NCBI GenBank assembly: GCA_016932315.1
Contig: JAFGDD010000004.1
Span: 125,466 to 189,465, forward strand
Length of the DNA stretch: 64,000 nucleotides
DNA from: Candidatus Woesearchaeota archaeon
Lineage (GTDB): Archaea > Nanobdellota > Nanobdellia > Woesearchaeales > SM23-78
Direction: 5' to 3'
The notes below the pieces were generated by a model. It did no database searches and was not told the DNA's origin. It saw only the letters and a list, made by a program, of their open reading frames with translations. Made by a program: the position numbers and the translations under genes. This document shows, one piece after another, positions 27,309 to 35,824 of the stretch (its first letter is position 1; every line of letters starts with the position of its first letter).

Positions 27309-28361
27309 ATGAGCCCGTGGTATGAGCAGCTAGGGTTCAAGGAAAACCCATTAGATGTGAGGCCCAGCCCGTTACTCATAGGCTTAGAGCGCCAGGAAGA
27401 GCAGCTCGTGAATCATATTCTAAAGGGAGAGATTTGTTTTCTAAACGGCTTGACAGGCTCTGGCAAGTCTTCATTGCTTACAAGAGTTCAGAGGAACATG
27501 AAGAACCATAGCTTTGTTTATCTCGATGCCCAGGAACTGCCAAGAAACTTTAATCTTGAGGAAGAACTTAAGAAGAAAAGGAATTTCTTTGACAGATTGA
27601 CTTTGAGAGAGTTCCCTTCCAAGACTCCAGTCTTAATAATTGATGAGTTTCAGGCAACTGACAAGAACATAGTGCTTGATGCCAGGGCTAAGTGGGAGAA
27701 TCCTAATGATAAGAAGATAAAAAGCATTGTTGTAGCCCAGATTAGCAAATACTTCAAGAATGTGACTCCTGCATTCAAGGAAAGATTGGGCAACAGGGTT
27801 ATTGAGCTCCCAACCCTTGATGATGAGGAGATGAAGGAGATACTAAACTTAAGATTAAAGACCAGGTGGACTAATTATTATAATAAATTGCACAATGAAG
27901 CACTTAACCTACTGGTTGCTTGCGCAGATGGCAACCCGAGAAAGCTGCTCGAGTACGCTGACATGATATTTGACTTTCATTACAGGAAATTCAAAGACAA
28001 CAATCCCTTGCTGGTTAACAAGACTTACATGGTGACTTACTGGGGCGCCAAAGAAATTCTTGAATTGCAGAAAGTCAATGTCGATGCTTACATATACTTG
28101 GAAAAGGAAGATAAGAAGAGAAGATTAGAAGCATTTGAGAAGAGATTCAGCAAGGACGAGCAGGACTGGCTCATATTCCTCATGACAGGCTCAAAAACAG
28201 TAGGAGATCTTGCAAAAGAGTTCAATGTTTCTGACTCCACAGCAGCTTTAAGAATAAGGGATTTAAAAGACAGGGGGGCGATAGTCAGAGCCGGCAGGAA
28301 GAACAAGAAAAAGCTCTGGCAGGCAAGCCCGCACGTGAAAAGACTGAGAGTAAGGGTTTGA
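27309..28361 (+). CDS. AAA+ ATPase (Orc1/Cdc6-like or archaeal-ATPase family) with a C-terminal winged helix
   Basis: Walker A GLTGSGKSSLL, Walker B LIIDEFQ, sensor-2-like GNPRKLLEYAD, and a C-terminal wHTH (TVGDLAKEFNVSDSTAALRIRDLKDRGAIVR). Confidence 0.45.
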   Translation: MSPWYEQLGFKENPLDVRPSPLLIGLERQEEQLVNHILKGEICFLNGLTGSGKSSLLTRVQRNMKNHSFVYLDAQELPRNFNLEEELKKKRNFFDRLTLREFPSKTPVLIIDEFQATDKNIVLDARAKWENPNDKKIKSIVVAQISKYFKNVTPAFKERLGNRVIELPTLDDEEMKEILNLRLKTRWTNYYNKLHNEALNLLVACADGNPRKLLEYADMIFDFHYRKFKDNNPLLVNKTYMVTYWGAKEILELQKVNVDAYIYLEKEDKKRRLEAFEKRFSKDEQDWLIFLMTGSKTVGDLAKEFNVSDSTAALRIRDLKDRGAIVRAGRKNKKKLWQASPHVKRLRVRV

Positions 28362-28400
28362 GATATTGCCAAGTTCTATTCCGGATTTATTGCTTTTACA

Positions 28401-29168
28401 CTATATTTCAACCTTTGAGAAAAGATAGCCGCCGATGGCTACCAAGACAATTGCTACGCCGAGCAATATTCCCAGGTCACCCAATATTCCAACTCCGGTT
28501 CCTACATTGGTGAGCGCCGCCCTAAGCCCGTCCACCCCGTAAGTCAGCGGATTAATCATAACAACATATTTTATGCCGCTCGCAACTCCGTTGAGAGGGA
28601 ATATTGCGCCCGACAAGAAGAATAATGGCATGATAAGGAAGTTCACAATCAACTGGAATCCGTGCATGTCCTCCATTTTTGATGCTATGGCAGTGCCGAG
28701 CGCTGTGAATATTATTGCAATCAAGGCGAGGAATACCATTGCTAAAGGAGCCATGAGCCAGTTTACTGGCCTGAAACCTATAATCAGTGAGAGCACAAAC
28801 ACTATCAATCCTTGCAGCACAGCAACTGTTGCTCCCCCCAGAGTCCTGCCGAGCATTATCTTAATTCTGGAAACCGGGGCTACCATGGTCTCTTTCAAAA
28901 ACCCGAATTCCTTGTCCCAGATAAGCTCAATGCCCATGAAAGTAGCTGTGAATAATGTGCTCATTGCAATAATTCCTGGTGTCAGGAACTGGATATAATT
29001 GCCTCCGCCGGCCTTGGCGTATATGGGACCGAAACCAAACCCCAAAGCAACAAGGAATAGTATTGGCTGACCCAATGAGCCTATAATCCTTGATTTAGAG
29101 CGAAAATACCTTTTGAGCTGCCTTAACCAGAGGATATAAATTGTTTTCATCTCTGCCTGCGCCCCCAA
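28401..29168 (-). CDS. ABC-2 family transporter permease
   Basis: 255 aa with six TM segments. It overlaps the upstream ABC ATPase gene by 22 nt, indicating an operon. Confidence 0.8.
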   Translation of the reverse strand: MGAQAEMKTIYILWLRQLKRYFRSKSRIIGSLGQPILFLVALGFGFGPIYAKAGGGNYIQFLTPGIIAMSTLFTATFMGIELIWDKEFGFLKETMVAPVSRIKIMLGRTLGGATVAVLQGLIVFVLSLIIGFRPVNWLMAPLAMVFLALIAIIFTALGTAIASKMEDMHGFQLIVNFLIMPLFFLSGAIFPLNGVASGIKYVVMINPLTYGVDGLRAALTNVGTGVGILGDLGILLGVAIVLVAIGGYLFSKVEI

Positions 29169-29980
29169 ACCCTTCTCCTCATTCTAAGGTTGTCCATGCT
29201 ACTAGCTTCTTCCTCTCTTATCTTTCTGCCTGTGAGCTTGATAAAAGCGTCCTCAAGGTTCTTTGTCTTGGTTTTCTTCTTAAGCTCAGAAGGAGTGCCC
29301 TGAGAAATTATTCTTCCGTGGTCAACGATAACAATATAATCTGCTATTCTCTCTGCTTCTTCCATGTAATGCGTTGTAAAGAAAACAGTGACCTGCTCTT
29401 TCTTGTTAAGCTCCTTGATATGCTCCCAGATATTATTCCTTGTCTGCGGATCCAGCCCGAGAGTAGGCTCGTCAAGGAATAAGACTTTAGGGTGGTGGAG
29501 CAGCCCGCGTGCTATTTCCAATCTTCGCTTCATGCCGCCAGAATAATGCTTGACAAAGCTCTTCCTTCTATCCCAAAGCTCTACAATCTTTAGAAGCTGC
29601 TCAATCCTCTGCCTTCGAATCTGCTTTGGAATGCTGTAAAGCACTCCATGAAACTCCATGTTCTCCCATGCTGTTAGTTCATCATCAAGACTCGGATCCT
29701 GGAATACTATGCCAAAGGCTTTTCTTACAGCATCAGGCTCTTTAACAGGGTTTTTTCCGTTGATAATAATCTCTCCGCTGTTAGGGTGCAATAGTGTGGT
29801 AAGCATCTTTATGGTTGTGGACTTGCCAGCACCATTAGGCCCGAGAAAACCAAATATCTGCCCTTTCCTGACTTCAAATGAGATGTTATTAACTGCCTTA
29901 ATATCCTTGAAGTTTTTACTCAGCTTGTTGACTTGGATAATTTTCTCATCGTTCATGGCAAGAAAAAACAAATTCATCAT
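29147..29980 (-). CDS. ABC transporter ATP-binding protein
   Basis: Walker A GPNGAGKSTT, signature LSGGMKRRL, Walker B VLFLDEPTLGLD. Confidence 0.9.
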   Translation of the reverse strand: MMNLFFLAMNDEKIIQVNKLSKNFKDIKAVNNISFEVRKGQIFGFLGPNGAGKSTTIKMLTTLLHPNSGEIIINGKNPVKEPDAVRKAFGIVFQDPSLDDELTAWENMEFHGVLYSIPKQIRRQRIEQLLKIVELWDRRKSFVKHYSGGMKRRLEIARGLLHHPKVLFLDEPTLGLDPQTRNNIWEHIKELNKKEQVTVFFTTHYMEEAERIADYIVIVDHGRIISQGTPSELKKKTKTKNLEDAFIKLTGRKIREEEASSMDNLRMRRRVWGRRQR

Positions 29981-30017
29981 ATTATAAATATTTCTTTTTT
30001 GGGCGTTGTAGAGCTTC

Positions 30018-30152
30018 TTTCAAAAATTCATCTTGACCGCGAGCTCTGCAAATTTTTTAGATATCAAGTTTGAATTAATGGAAAATCAGTTCCTGCTGTA
30101 ATAAATTATTAATCCGCTTCGCTCACATCTTGGCCCAGGCGGCGACTTTTTT
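30018..30152 (-). repeat. GC-rich structured element 'E' (minus-strand homolog of element D), beginning 4 nt after the glgP stop codon
   Basis: Minus-strand reading aaaaaagtcgccgcctgggccaagatgtgagcgaagcgg...cagcaggaactgattttcc...gagctcgcggtcaagatgaatttttgaa is colinear with element D (aaaaaagtcgccgcctgggccttaaggtgagcgagaccgcg...cagcaggcagggacagattttc...gagcgatcggccaaggcgactttttgaa). Confidence 0.45.
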
Positions 30153-30155
30153 CCC

Positions 30156-31832
30156 CTACTTAAAGTATGCATTCAAGACGTATTGCTGCACCATCCTGTG
30201 GGTGTTAAAGAATGAGCCGTTAATGGCTATGGCGTGCTTCATCATCTCAACCCATTTGTCACGCTCCTCATAAAACCTTGGGATGATGATGTATTCTAGC
30301 TTGGTGTACATGTCCTCTGCATCTTCTTCAGGAACATTTTCTTTTGAATCATTAGGATGAGCTCCTATGCTCCAACCAGTAATGTTTTCTATATGCCCTT
30401 CAAGCCACCAGCCGTCCAGAACAGAGAAATGAAGCACTCCGTTATGTGCTGCTTTCATTCCAGAAGTGCCTGAAGCTTCCTGAGGCCTTTGAGGAGTGTT
30501 AAGCCAGAGATCAACGCCAGACACAAGGAGCTTGGCTGTTGCAATGTCATAATTTTTCACATAGCAAACCTTTATTTTGTGGCTGACTTCCTGCATCTTG
30601 CTTATTATTCTCTTAAGAAGCTCTTTGCCAGCGGTGTCTTTTGGATGGGCTTTTCCTGCATATATTATCTGAATGCCTTTGAACTTCTCTGCAATTTTCA
30701 TTAACCATTTAATATCAGAGAAGAGCAGGTCTCCTCGCTTATAAGTAGCTACTCTCCTTGCGAATCCTATGGTAAAAATTTCTTCCTTCATATCTGCTTT
30801 GTAGTGCTTATTAACCCAGCCAATGAGTTGCTGCTTTGCCTTCTGATGAGCACTCCAGATTTCTTCCTTTGGAATGCCAAGAACATACCTCAAGCTGAAA
30901 GGGTCATATTCCCAGCCAGGAAGATATTTATCAAATAGTTTCTGAAAAGATTCGCAAATCCAGTAGTATGAATGCACTCCATTTGTTATTGATTCTATAT
31001 GATAGCCAGGGAACATGTTCCTTGATACTTCGCCATGCTTTTTTGCAACTCCGTTGATGAACTTGCTGAACCTTAACCCCAGATAAGTCATGTTGAGCTT
31101 GTTGTTGATGTACAATTCCTCACGTATATCAGGCAGAATATTTTCTCCGAGCATGTGCTCTGCTAATTCCCTTGGAAATTGGTCATGGCCCGCGGGCACT
31201 GGCGTGTGGGTTGTGAAGACGCATCTCTTCCTTACTTCTTCTATCGGCTCATCAGCTTGTGAGTATCGTTTGTAAAGCTCTAATGCTAATATTGCAGAAT
31301 GCCCTTCATTCATGTGGTGTTTCTGAATGTTGCAGCACCCAATGCTCTCAAGCATCTTTACTCCACCGATGCCTAATATTATTTCCTGAGCCAGCCTGTA
31401 CTTCTCATCAAAACCATAAAGATACTGAGTTATTCTTCTATCATAATCAGAGTTTCCAGGCAAGTCAGTGTCAAGAAAAATTATTGGCACTATGCGTCCT
31501 GTGCTACCCATAAGATTATAAACCCAGGCTTTTATCATGACTCGTCTGCCTTCAAGCATTATTTCTGCTTGCTGTGGCATTGGATGAAGGAAAGCAGAAG
31601 GGTCCCAATTCATCTCATGCTCTACCTGATTGCCATCAGCATCCAGCTCCTGCTTGAAATAGCCTTTCTTGTAAAGCAGAGTCACTCCGACGACGGGCAG
31701 CTTCAGGTCTGCGCAGCTGCGCAAAGTGTCTCCTGCAAGAATGCCCAATCCTCCAGAATAAGTAGGTATATCTGGGTTCATTCCTATCTCCATGCTGAAA
31801 TAAGCCACAGATAAATCAGCAAAATTAACCAT
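30156..31832 (-). CDS. glgP: Alpha-glucan (glycogen/maltodextrin) phosphorylase, GT35 short archaeal form
   Basis: PLP-lysine motif EASGTSGMKAAHNG and the GT35 core. 558 aa. Confidence 0.85.
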   Translation of the reverse strand: MVNFADLSVAYFSMEIGMNPDIPTYSGGLGILAGDTLRSCADLKLPVVGVTLLYKKGYFKQELDADGNQVEHEMNWDPSAFLHPMPQQAEIMLEGRRVMIKAWVYNLMGSTGRIVPIIFLDTDLPGNSDYDRRITQYLYGFDEKYRLAQEIILGIGGVKMLESIGCCNIQKHHMNEGHSAILALELYKRYSQADEPIEEVRKRCVFTTHTPVPAGHDQFPRELAEHMLGENILPDIREELYINNKLNMTYLGLRFSKFINGVAKKHGEVSRNMFPGYHIESITNGVHSYYWICESFQKLFDKYLPGWEYDPFSLRYVLGIPKEEIWSAHQKAKQQLIGWVNKHYKADMKEEIFTIGFARRVATYKRGDLLFSDIKWLMKIAEKFKGIQIIYAGKAHPKDTAGKELLKRIISKMQEVSHKIKVCYVKNYDIATAKLLVSGVDLWLNTPQRPQEASGTSGMKAAHNGVLHFSVLDGWWLEGHIENITGWSIGAHPNDSKENVPEEDAEDMYTKLEYIIIPRFYEERDKWVEMMKHAIAINGSFFNTHRMVQQYVLNAYFK

Positions 31833-31913
31833 TTAACCACCTTTTTTTTTACCCTTTAAATAAGTTATGTTACTCTGCAAAGTAGAAATAAGAAAATAAG
31901 AAGGAAAATGAAT

Positions 31914-32095
31914 GGGCCCGGCCAGACTTTCACGAGCTTTTGCTGTTTTGCAAAAGCCATTTGAACTGGCGACCACCACCGCATTCAAAGAGCAGAATCT
32001 ATCTGCTATTATGTGAAGGTGGGATCATTTACGGCGCAAAAGGCGGAAGCTCAAAAGAGCTTGCTCTTTTGTTGTAGCCGCTAGACCACGGGCCC
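31914..32095 (-). tRNA. tRNA-Val (anticodon CAC) interrupted by three introns: D-loop ~21/22 (45 nt), canonical 37/38 (30 nt), T-loop 59/60 (33 nt). The spliced product is 74 nt
   Basis: The minus-strand transcript is GGGCCCGUGGUCUAGCGGCUA [45-nt intron] AAUGAUCCCACCUUCACA [30-nt intron] CGGUGGUGGUCGCCAGUUCAAA [33-nt intron] UCUGGCCGGGCCC. The spliced cloverleaf has the following elements:
- a 7-bp all-Watson-Crick acceptor stem (GGGCCCG/CGGGCCC)
- U8, A14, G18G19 and A21
- an anticodon arm CCACC-UUCACAC-GGUGG with U33 and A37
- variable loop UGGUC
- a T-arm GCCAG-UUCAAAU-CUGGC
The canonical intron forms a textbook BHB. Exon nucleotides 32-35 (UUCA) pair with intron UGAA positioned 2 nt before the 3' splice site. 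A 6-bp AGCAGA/UCUGCU helix is adjacent. Both splice sites sit in 3-nt bulges. The T-loop intron uses the same UUCA:UGAA central helix plus an 8-bp GCUUUUGC/GCAAAAGC helix. A U-rich tract follows the discriminator A. Confidence 0.65.
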
Positions 32096-32154
32096 TTTTG
32101 AGAATAAGAATTTTTAGTGTTTTATAAAGCTTTTTCAAAAAAACAAGTTAATAT

Positions 32155-32916
32155 CTATTGATAAAATCCTTTTTCAAGCAAAGAGCTGGTTTCAGCCAGT
32201 GCTATTATACAGCGGTCTAGCTTATCTGTTTTAAAGCCAGCAGTTCTGATCCACGCAACAGATTTTTCAATTAAGTGAATGCCGTCTTCTAATGATAACA
32301 CGGCCCCGGCATAATCATATATTTTTATGTTTCTCATTCGCTCCCTGTTGTTTTCTTCTGTTTCTTTAGTATTGTAAAATGCAATGCTCTTGTGCTTTGG
32401 CAGTCCTAGACGGAGCTGCATTGTATGAACAAATTCTTCAGAGCATCCGTTGCTGTACTCCCAATCTTCGTTCATATGAACTTCAGTAGCCATTTCAGAA
32501 ATAATGCTTAGCCACAATGCCTGGAAATGTGCCTGCTCCCATTCCTGCCTTGCAGGAGATAATTCGGCAGGAAAAATTATAGGGATACTTACACGCTTCT
32601 CAAGGTTCTCAAGGAAATTATATCCTTCGTGGTAATTATATGCAAAAGACTTTTCTTTAATCTCAGTTTCTATCTTCTTAGCAGTTTCTTTTGTCCATTG
32701 AAACCTGCCTAAGCGTTCATATTTCTGCTCGTACATGTACTTGCCAGACGTTATTGGCGTGCTGATATAAGCCAATCCATCTAGGTGATGTATGCTTCTG
32801 AGAACTCGCATGATGTTATGAACCGTTGCCGTCTGAGGAGTCTCTTTAGTCCAGACTTCTGTTTTGTATTTGTACCATAAAGAAATATTTTCGAGCGTTT
32901 TTGATTCAACAGCCAT
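32155..32916 (-). CDS. Hypothetical protein
   Basis: 253-aa ORF with coding-like composition. No recognised motif. Confidence 0.4.
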   Translation of the reverse strand: MAVESKTLENISLWYKYKTEVWTKETPQTATVHNIMRVLRSIHHLDGLAYISTPITSGKYMYEQKYERLGRFQWTKETAKKIETEIKEKSFAYNYHEGYNFLENLEKRVSIPIIFPAELSPARQEWEQAHFQALWLSIISEMATEVHMNEDWEYSNGCSEEFVHTMQLRLGLPKHKSIAFYNTKETEENNRERMRNIKIYDYAGAVLSLEDGIHLIEKSVAWIRTAGFKTDKLDRCIIALAETSSLLEKGFYQ

Positions 32917-32979
32917 GCTTTACCCCCTTACCACTCTTAAGAGATAACTTTAATAATATAAATGTTTCTTTTTTAGAAA

Positions 32980-33831
32980 TCAGGATAAAAATACCATTTT
33001 TTCTTTTATAAATTTTTCATTCCAGCACTGCTCCTTGAGGCTGCAGGAAGAGCACTTCTTCTTATTGTCGCAAATCAGAGGCAAATCCTTTCCCTGGAAG
33101 AGTTCAATAATGGAATCCCTGGTTTGGAGCACGTGCTTCTCAAGGAAAGGGTTCATCATGACGTGGCGAGCCTCGTTTATGTCGAGGTACTTGACAAAAG
33201 CTTCTCTTACAAAGAACCTGTTCTTCTCCAACAGCATGATATAAGCGCCTGCCTGCAGCTTATGACCTGGCCACACACCTGTTTTCGGAGCAGAGCCGGT
33301 CTTGAGCTCATAAGGAACAACTTCCTTAACTAGCTTGTTATCATAAACTTCTAGCTGATCAATAACTCCTTTAAGCATTAAATCTTCAGATTCAACATAA
33401 TATTCTGACTCAATCTTTGGGCTGAGCATCTTCCACAATTCCTCTCCAAAGACTTTGTTCTTTTTCATGAACTCGTGCAGGTTAAGAGCCTTTTGCTGAG
33501 ACTCCTGTAAGACTCGAGGCCATGCTTCCTTAAAGAGTTCTGTAAGAGAAACTTTTACTTCTGCCAGCTTGCTCTTATTCCTGACAATAGTATCCTTGAG
33601 AACATCTGAGTGAAGCTTCTTATACTTCTCAATCAGTTCTACATGATTGATTTCATTTTTAATGCTCTTAACAAGCTCAGCCTCTGCCTTGCTAGCCCGC
33701 TCATGAACAGCATGCCTAACGCTGCCCTTGACAACAGCTTCCCTTGGAACAACTGCAAGCTTAAGAACATGCTCAAGAAAAAGCTTTCTAGGACAATAAT
33801 CATAGCTAGAGAGCAGACTAACAGCAATCAT
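32980..33831 (-). CDS. Cas4/RecB-like PD-(D/E)xK nuclease with a 4-Cys cluster (DUF83-like), standalone
   Basis: N-terminal YCPRK Cys and C-terminal C-x6-C-x2-C-x5-C (CDNKKKCSSCSLKEQC). The nuclease core shows YELKTG and HKLQAGAYIML. Confidence 0.55.
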   Translation of the reverse strand: MIAVSLLSSYDYCPRKLFLEHVLKLAVVPREAVVKGSVRHAVHERASKAEAELVKSIKNEINHVELIEKYKKLHSDVLKDTIVRNKSKLAEVKVSLTELFKEAWPRVLQESQQKALNLHEFMKKNKVFGEELWKMLSPKIESEYYVESEDLMLKGVIDQLEVYDNKLVKEVVPYELKTGSAPKTGVWPGHKLQAGAYIMLLEKNRFFVREAFVKYLDINEARHVMMNPFLEKHVLQTRDSIIELFQGKDLPLICDNKKKCSSCSLKEQCWNEKFIKEKMVFLS

Positions 33832-33950
33832 GATAAGATGAAATGACTTAAAGAACTAGTTTATAAGGCTTACGCTAAGATGTCCAGTGGTGTAGCCAGC
33901 GGATTCAAAAGCCTCAGCTTTTGTTATTCAGCGCGGATAAAGAAAGATTA

Positions 33951-34697
33951 TTAGTGCTCAACAGGTTCATATATTGCTTTGAGCGCATCAGCAATGAGTT
34001 TTGCAGTGTATTTCGTATTTGCATCTTTTCGTAAGAATGAAGAAATTTCTAGCTGGAAAGAGTGATCGCTTGTTCCTGCGTGATACTGAACGCCGTCTTG
34101 CCTAGACCAAGCTGCAAAATTCTCCCCCACACCGACTTTTAGATTATGATCATCAGACAGACGTTCCTCTAATGTTTGTTTTAGCTTTTCAATATCCTCT
34201 CTATTAGCTCTTAAGACGCCAGTATTGTTTCCAGCTGCAGGATGCCTGTCGCTTCTCCCTTGCGTTCCCTTTAACCTGCCTTGATGATATTTAGCGCCAA
34301 ATCCAATATCAATTCCTATTTTTTCAGAATTATCCCCCGCCCCATGGATATAGACCACGATTGCCCTGCCGTCGCCGTATGAGCGGGCGTGTTCTGCAAA
34401 TTCTTTGACATGATCATAGAATTCCTTCATATGAGGATGTTTTTTGCTCCATAAATATTTTTGTTGGCCTGAAGACCACGAGAGCTTATTAAAATCCTCT
34501 ACAAGATGCGGCTTTGCCTCAGCATTTGAATTAGAAGGCTTAATGTATTTATTATTGACCACTAAAGAAGCATTCAATTGCCGGGCAATTTCCTCAGCGA
34601 TTTCTTTTGTCCTTAAATCATCCCCTGCTGCATGGGGCGCAACCACGACAAATCTGGAAGAGCCTTTGCTTCTTAAACCATAGTTGGTCTGAATCAT
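33951..34697 (-). CDS. Hypothetical hydrolase, N-formylglutamate-amidohydrolase / poly-gamma-glutamate-hydrolase (PghP)-like fold
   Basis: N-terminal FVVVAPHAAGDDLRTKEIAEEIA resembles the metal-binding start of PghP/FGase-fold proteins. HGAGDN appears downstream. The family assignment is tentative. Confidence 0.3.
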   Translation of the reverse strand: MIQTNYGLRSKGSSRFVVVAPHAAGDDLRTKEIAEEIARQLNASLVVNNKYIKPSNSNAEAKPHLVEDFNKLSWSSGQQKYLWSKKHPHMKEFYDHVKEFAEHARSYGDGRAIVVYIHGAGDNSEKIGIDIGFGAKYHQGRLKGTQGRSDRHPAAGNNTGVLRANREDIEKLKQTLEERLSDDHNLKVGVGENFAAWSRQDGVQYHAGTSDHSFQLEISSFLRKDANTKYTAKLIADALKAIYEPVEH

Positions 34698-34776
34698 ATC
34701 TTTTTTCTTAAAAATATAAGTTTATATACTTTTCTTTTAAATTAAATTTATATATTCACGCATCCTTACAAGCTTC

Positions 34777-35811
34777 ATGAAACTCCCTGAAGTCAAGAAA
34801 TATCTGAAAAAAGAAAAGCTTGATGCTATTGTGTTGTTCAACAAGTCCCCTAATTTTAATTATTTTGTCGGTGAGGAATTTGAGCACGGCATGATGTTCT
34901 TGACAAAGAAAGGCAATTATTTGTTTCTCTCTCTGCTTTATTCGCCTAAGTTTTCAGGCTTTAAGGTGGTGCACTGGAACAAGTTCAAGGAAGAATTCAA
35001 GGCTTTTGCAAGGAAGAACAGGATAAAGAGAGCTGGCATTGATAATAATAACCTGCTGGTGAAGCAGAAATCATTCCTAAGAAAACATTTCGAGCTGGCA
35101 GACTGCTCAGAATTCCTTACAGATTTAAGGCAGAGCAAGACAGAAGATGAAATTAAGAGGATTAAAGCTGCCTGCAAGGTGACTGACAAGATATTCTCTC
35201 TGATATTAAAAAACTTCAGCAAATTTAAGACAGAAAAAGACATTATGACATTCATCAAGATAAAGGCACTGGAGCTTGCGGACGGGATTTCATTCGAGCC
35301 AATAGTAGCCAGCGGAAGCAATGCAGTAGTTGCGCACCATGTGCCGGATGCCAAGCAATTAAAAAGAGGCTTTATGGTATTGGACTTTGGGGTTAAGTAC
35401 AAAGGATACCTTTCAGACATGACAAGGACAGTATATATTGGCAAGCCGAGCGAAAAGGAAAAAGCAATCTATAACAAGGTTCTTGAGATACAGGAAGCCT
35501 GCATCGCAAAAGCAAAAATAGGATTAGAAGCTGAAAAGCTTTACAAACATTCCCTGAAATTATTCGGCGATGACGCAAAATACTTTATCCATGGCTTAGG
35601 GCACGGAATAGGAGTGGAAATACATGAAAAGCCAAGCCTTGGGAAATCAAAGGACGCACTCGTAAAGAATGATGTGTTCACCATAGAGCCAGGCTATTAC
35701 AACCAGAAGACAGGAATAGGAATAAGAATAGAAGATGATGTTCTGCTGCTGGGAAAGAAGAAAGAAGTATTGACGAAGAGCAGTAAAAAATTAATCTGCG
35801 TAAAACCATAA
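34777..35811 (+). CDS. M24-family metallopeptidase (Xaa-Pro aminopeptidase/prolidase-like)
   Basis: Pita-bread fold motifs DFGVKYKGYLSDMTRT, HGLGHGIGVEIHE and IEPGYY. Confidence 0.8.
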   Translation: MKLPEVKKYLKKEKLDAIVLFNKSPNFNYFVGEEFEHGMMFLTKKGNYLFLSLLYSPKFSGFKVVHWNKFKEEFKAFARKNRIKRAGIDNNNLLVKQKSFLRKHFELADCSEFLTDLRQSKTEDEIKRIKAACKVTDKIFSLILKNFSKFKTEKDIMTFIKIKALELADGISFEPIVASGSNAVVAHHVPDAKQLKRGFMVLDFGVKYKGYLSDMTRTVYIGKPSEKEKAIYNKVLEIQEACIAKAKIGLEAEKLYKHSLKLFGDDAKYFIHGLGHGIGVEIHEKPSLGKSKDALVKNDVFTIEPGYYNQKTGIGIRIEDDVLLLGKKKEVLTKSSKKLICVKP

Positions 35812-35824
35812 CCTTTATTAACAT

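Noticed and set aside
33867-33935. GC-enriched intergenic stretch (ggcttacgctaagatgtccagtggtgtagccagcggattcaaaagcctcagc) that superficially resembles a tRNA D-arm or T-arm
   Set aside because: It could not be folded into a cloverleaf on either strand. U8 is missing, the T-stem does not pair, and the D-loop would be 15 nt. It is left unannotated, though an intron-containing tRNA cannot be fully excluded without a covariance search.
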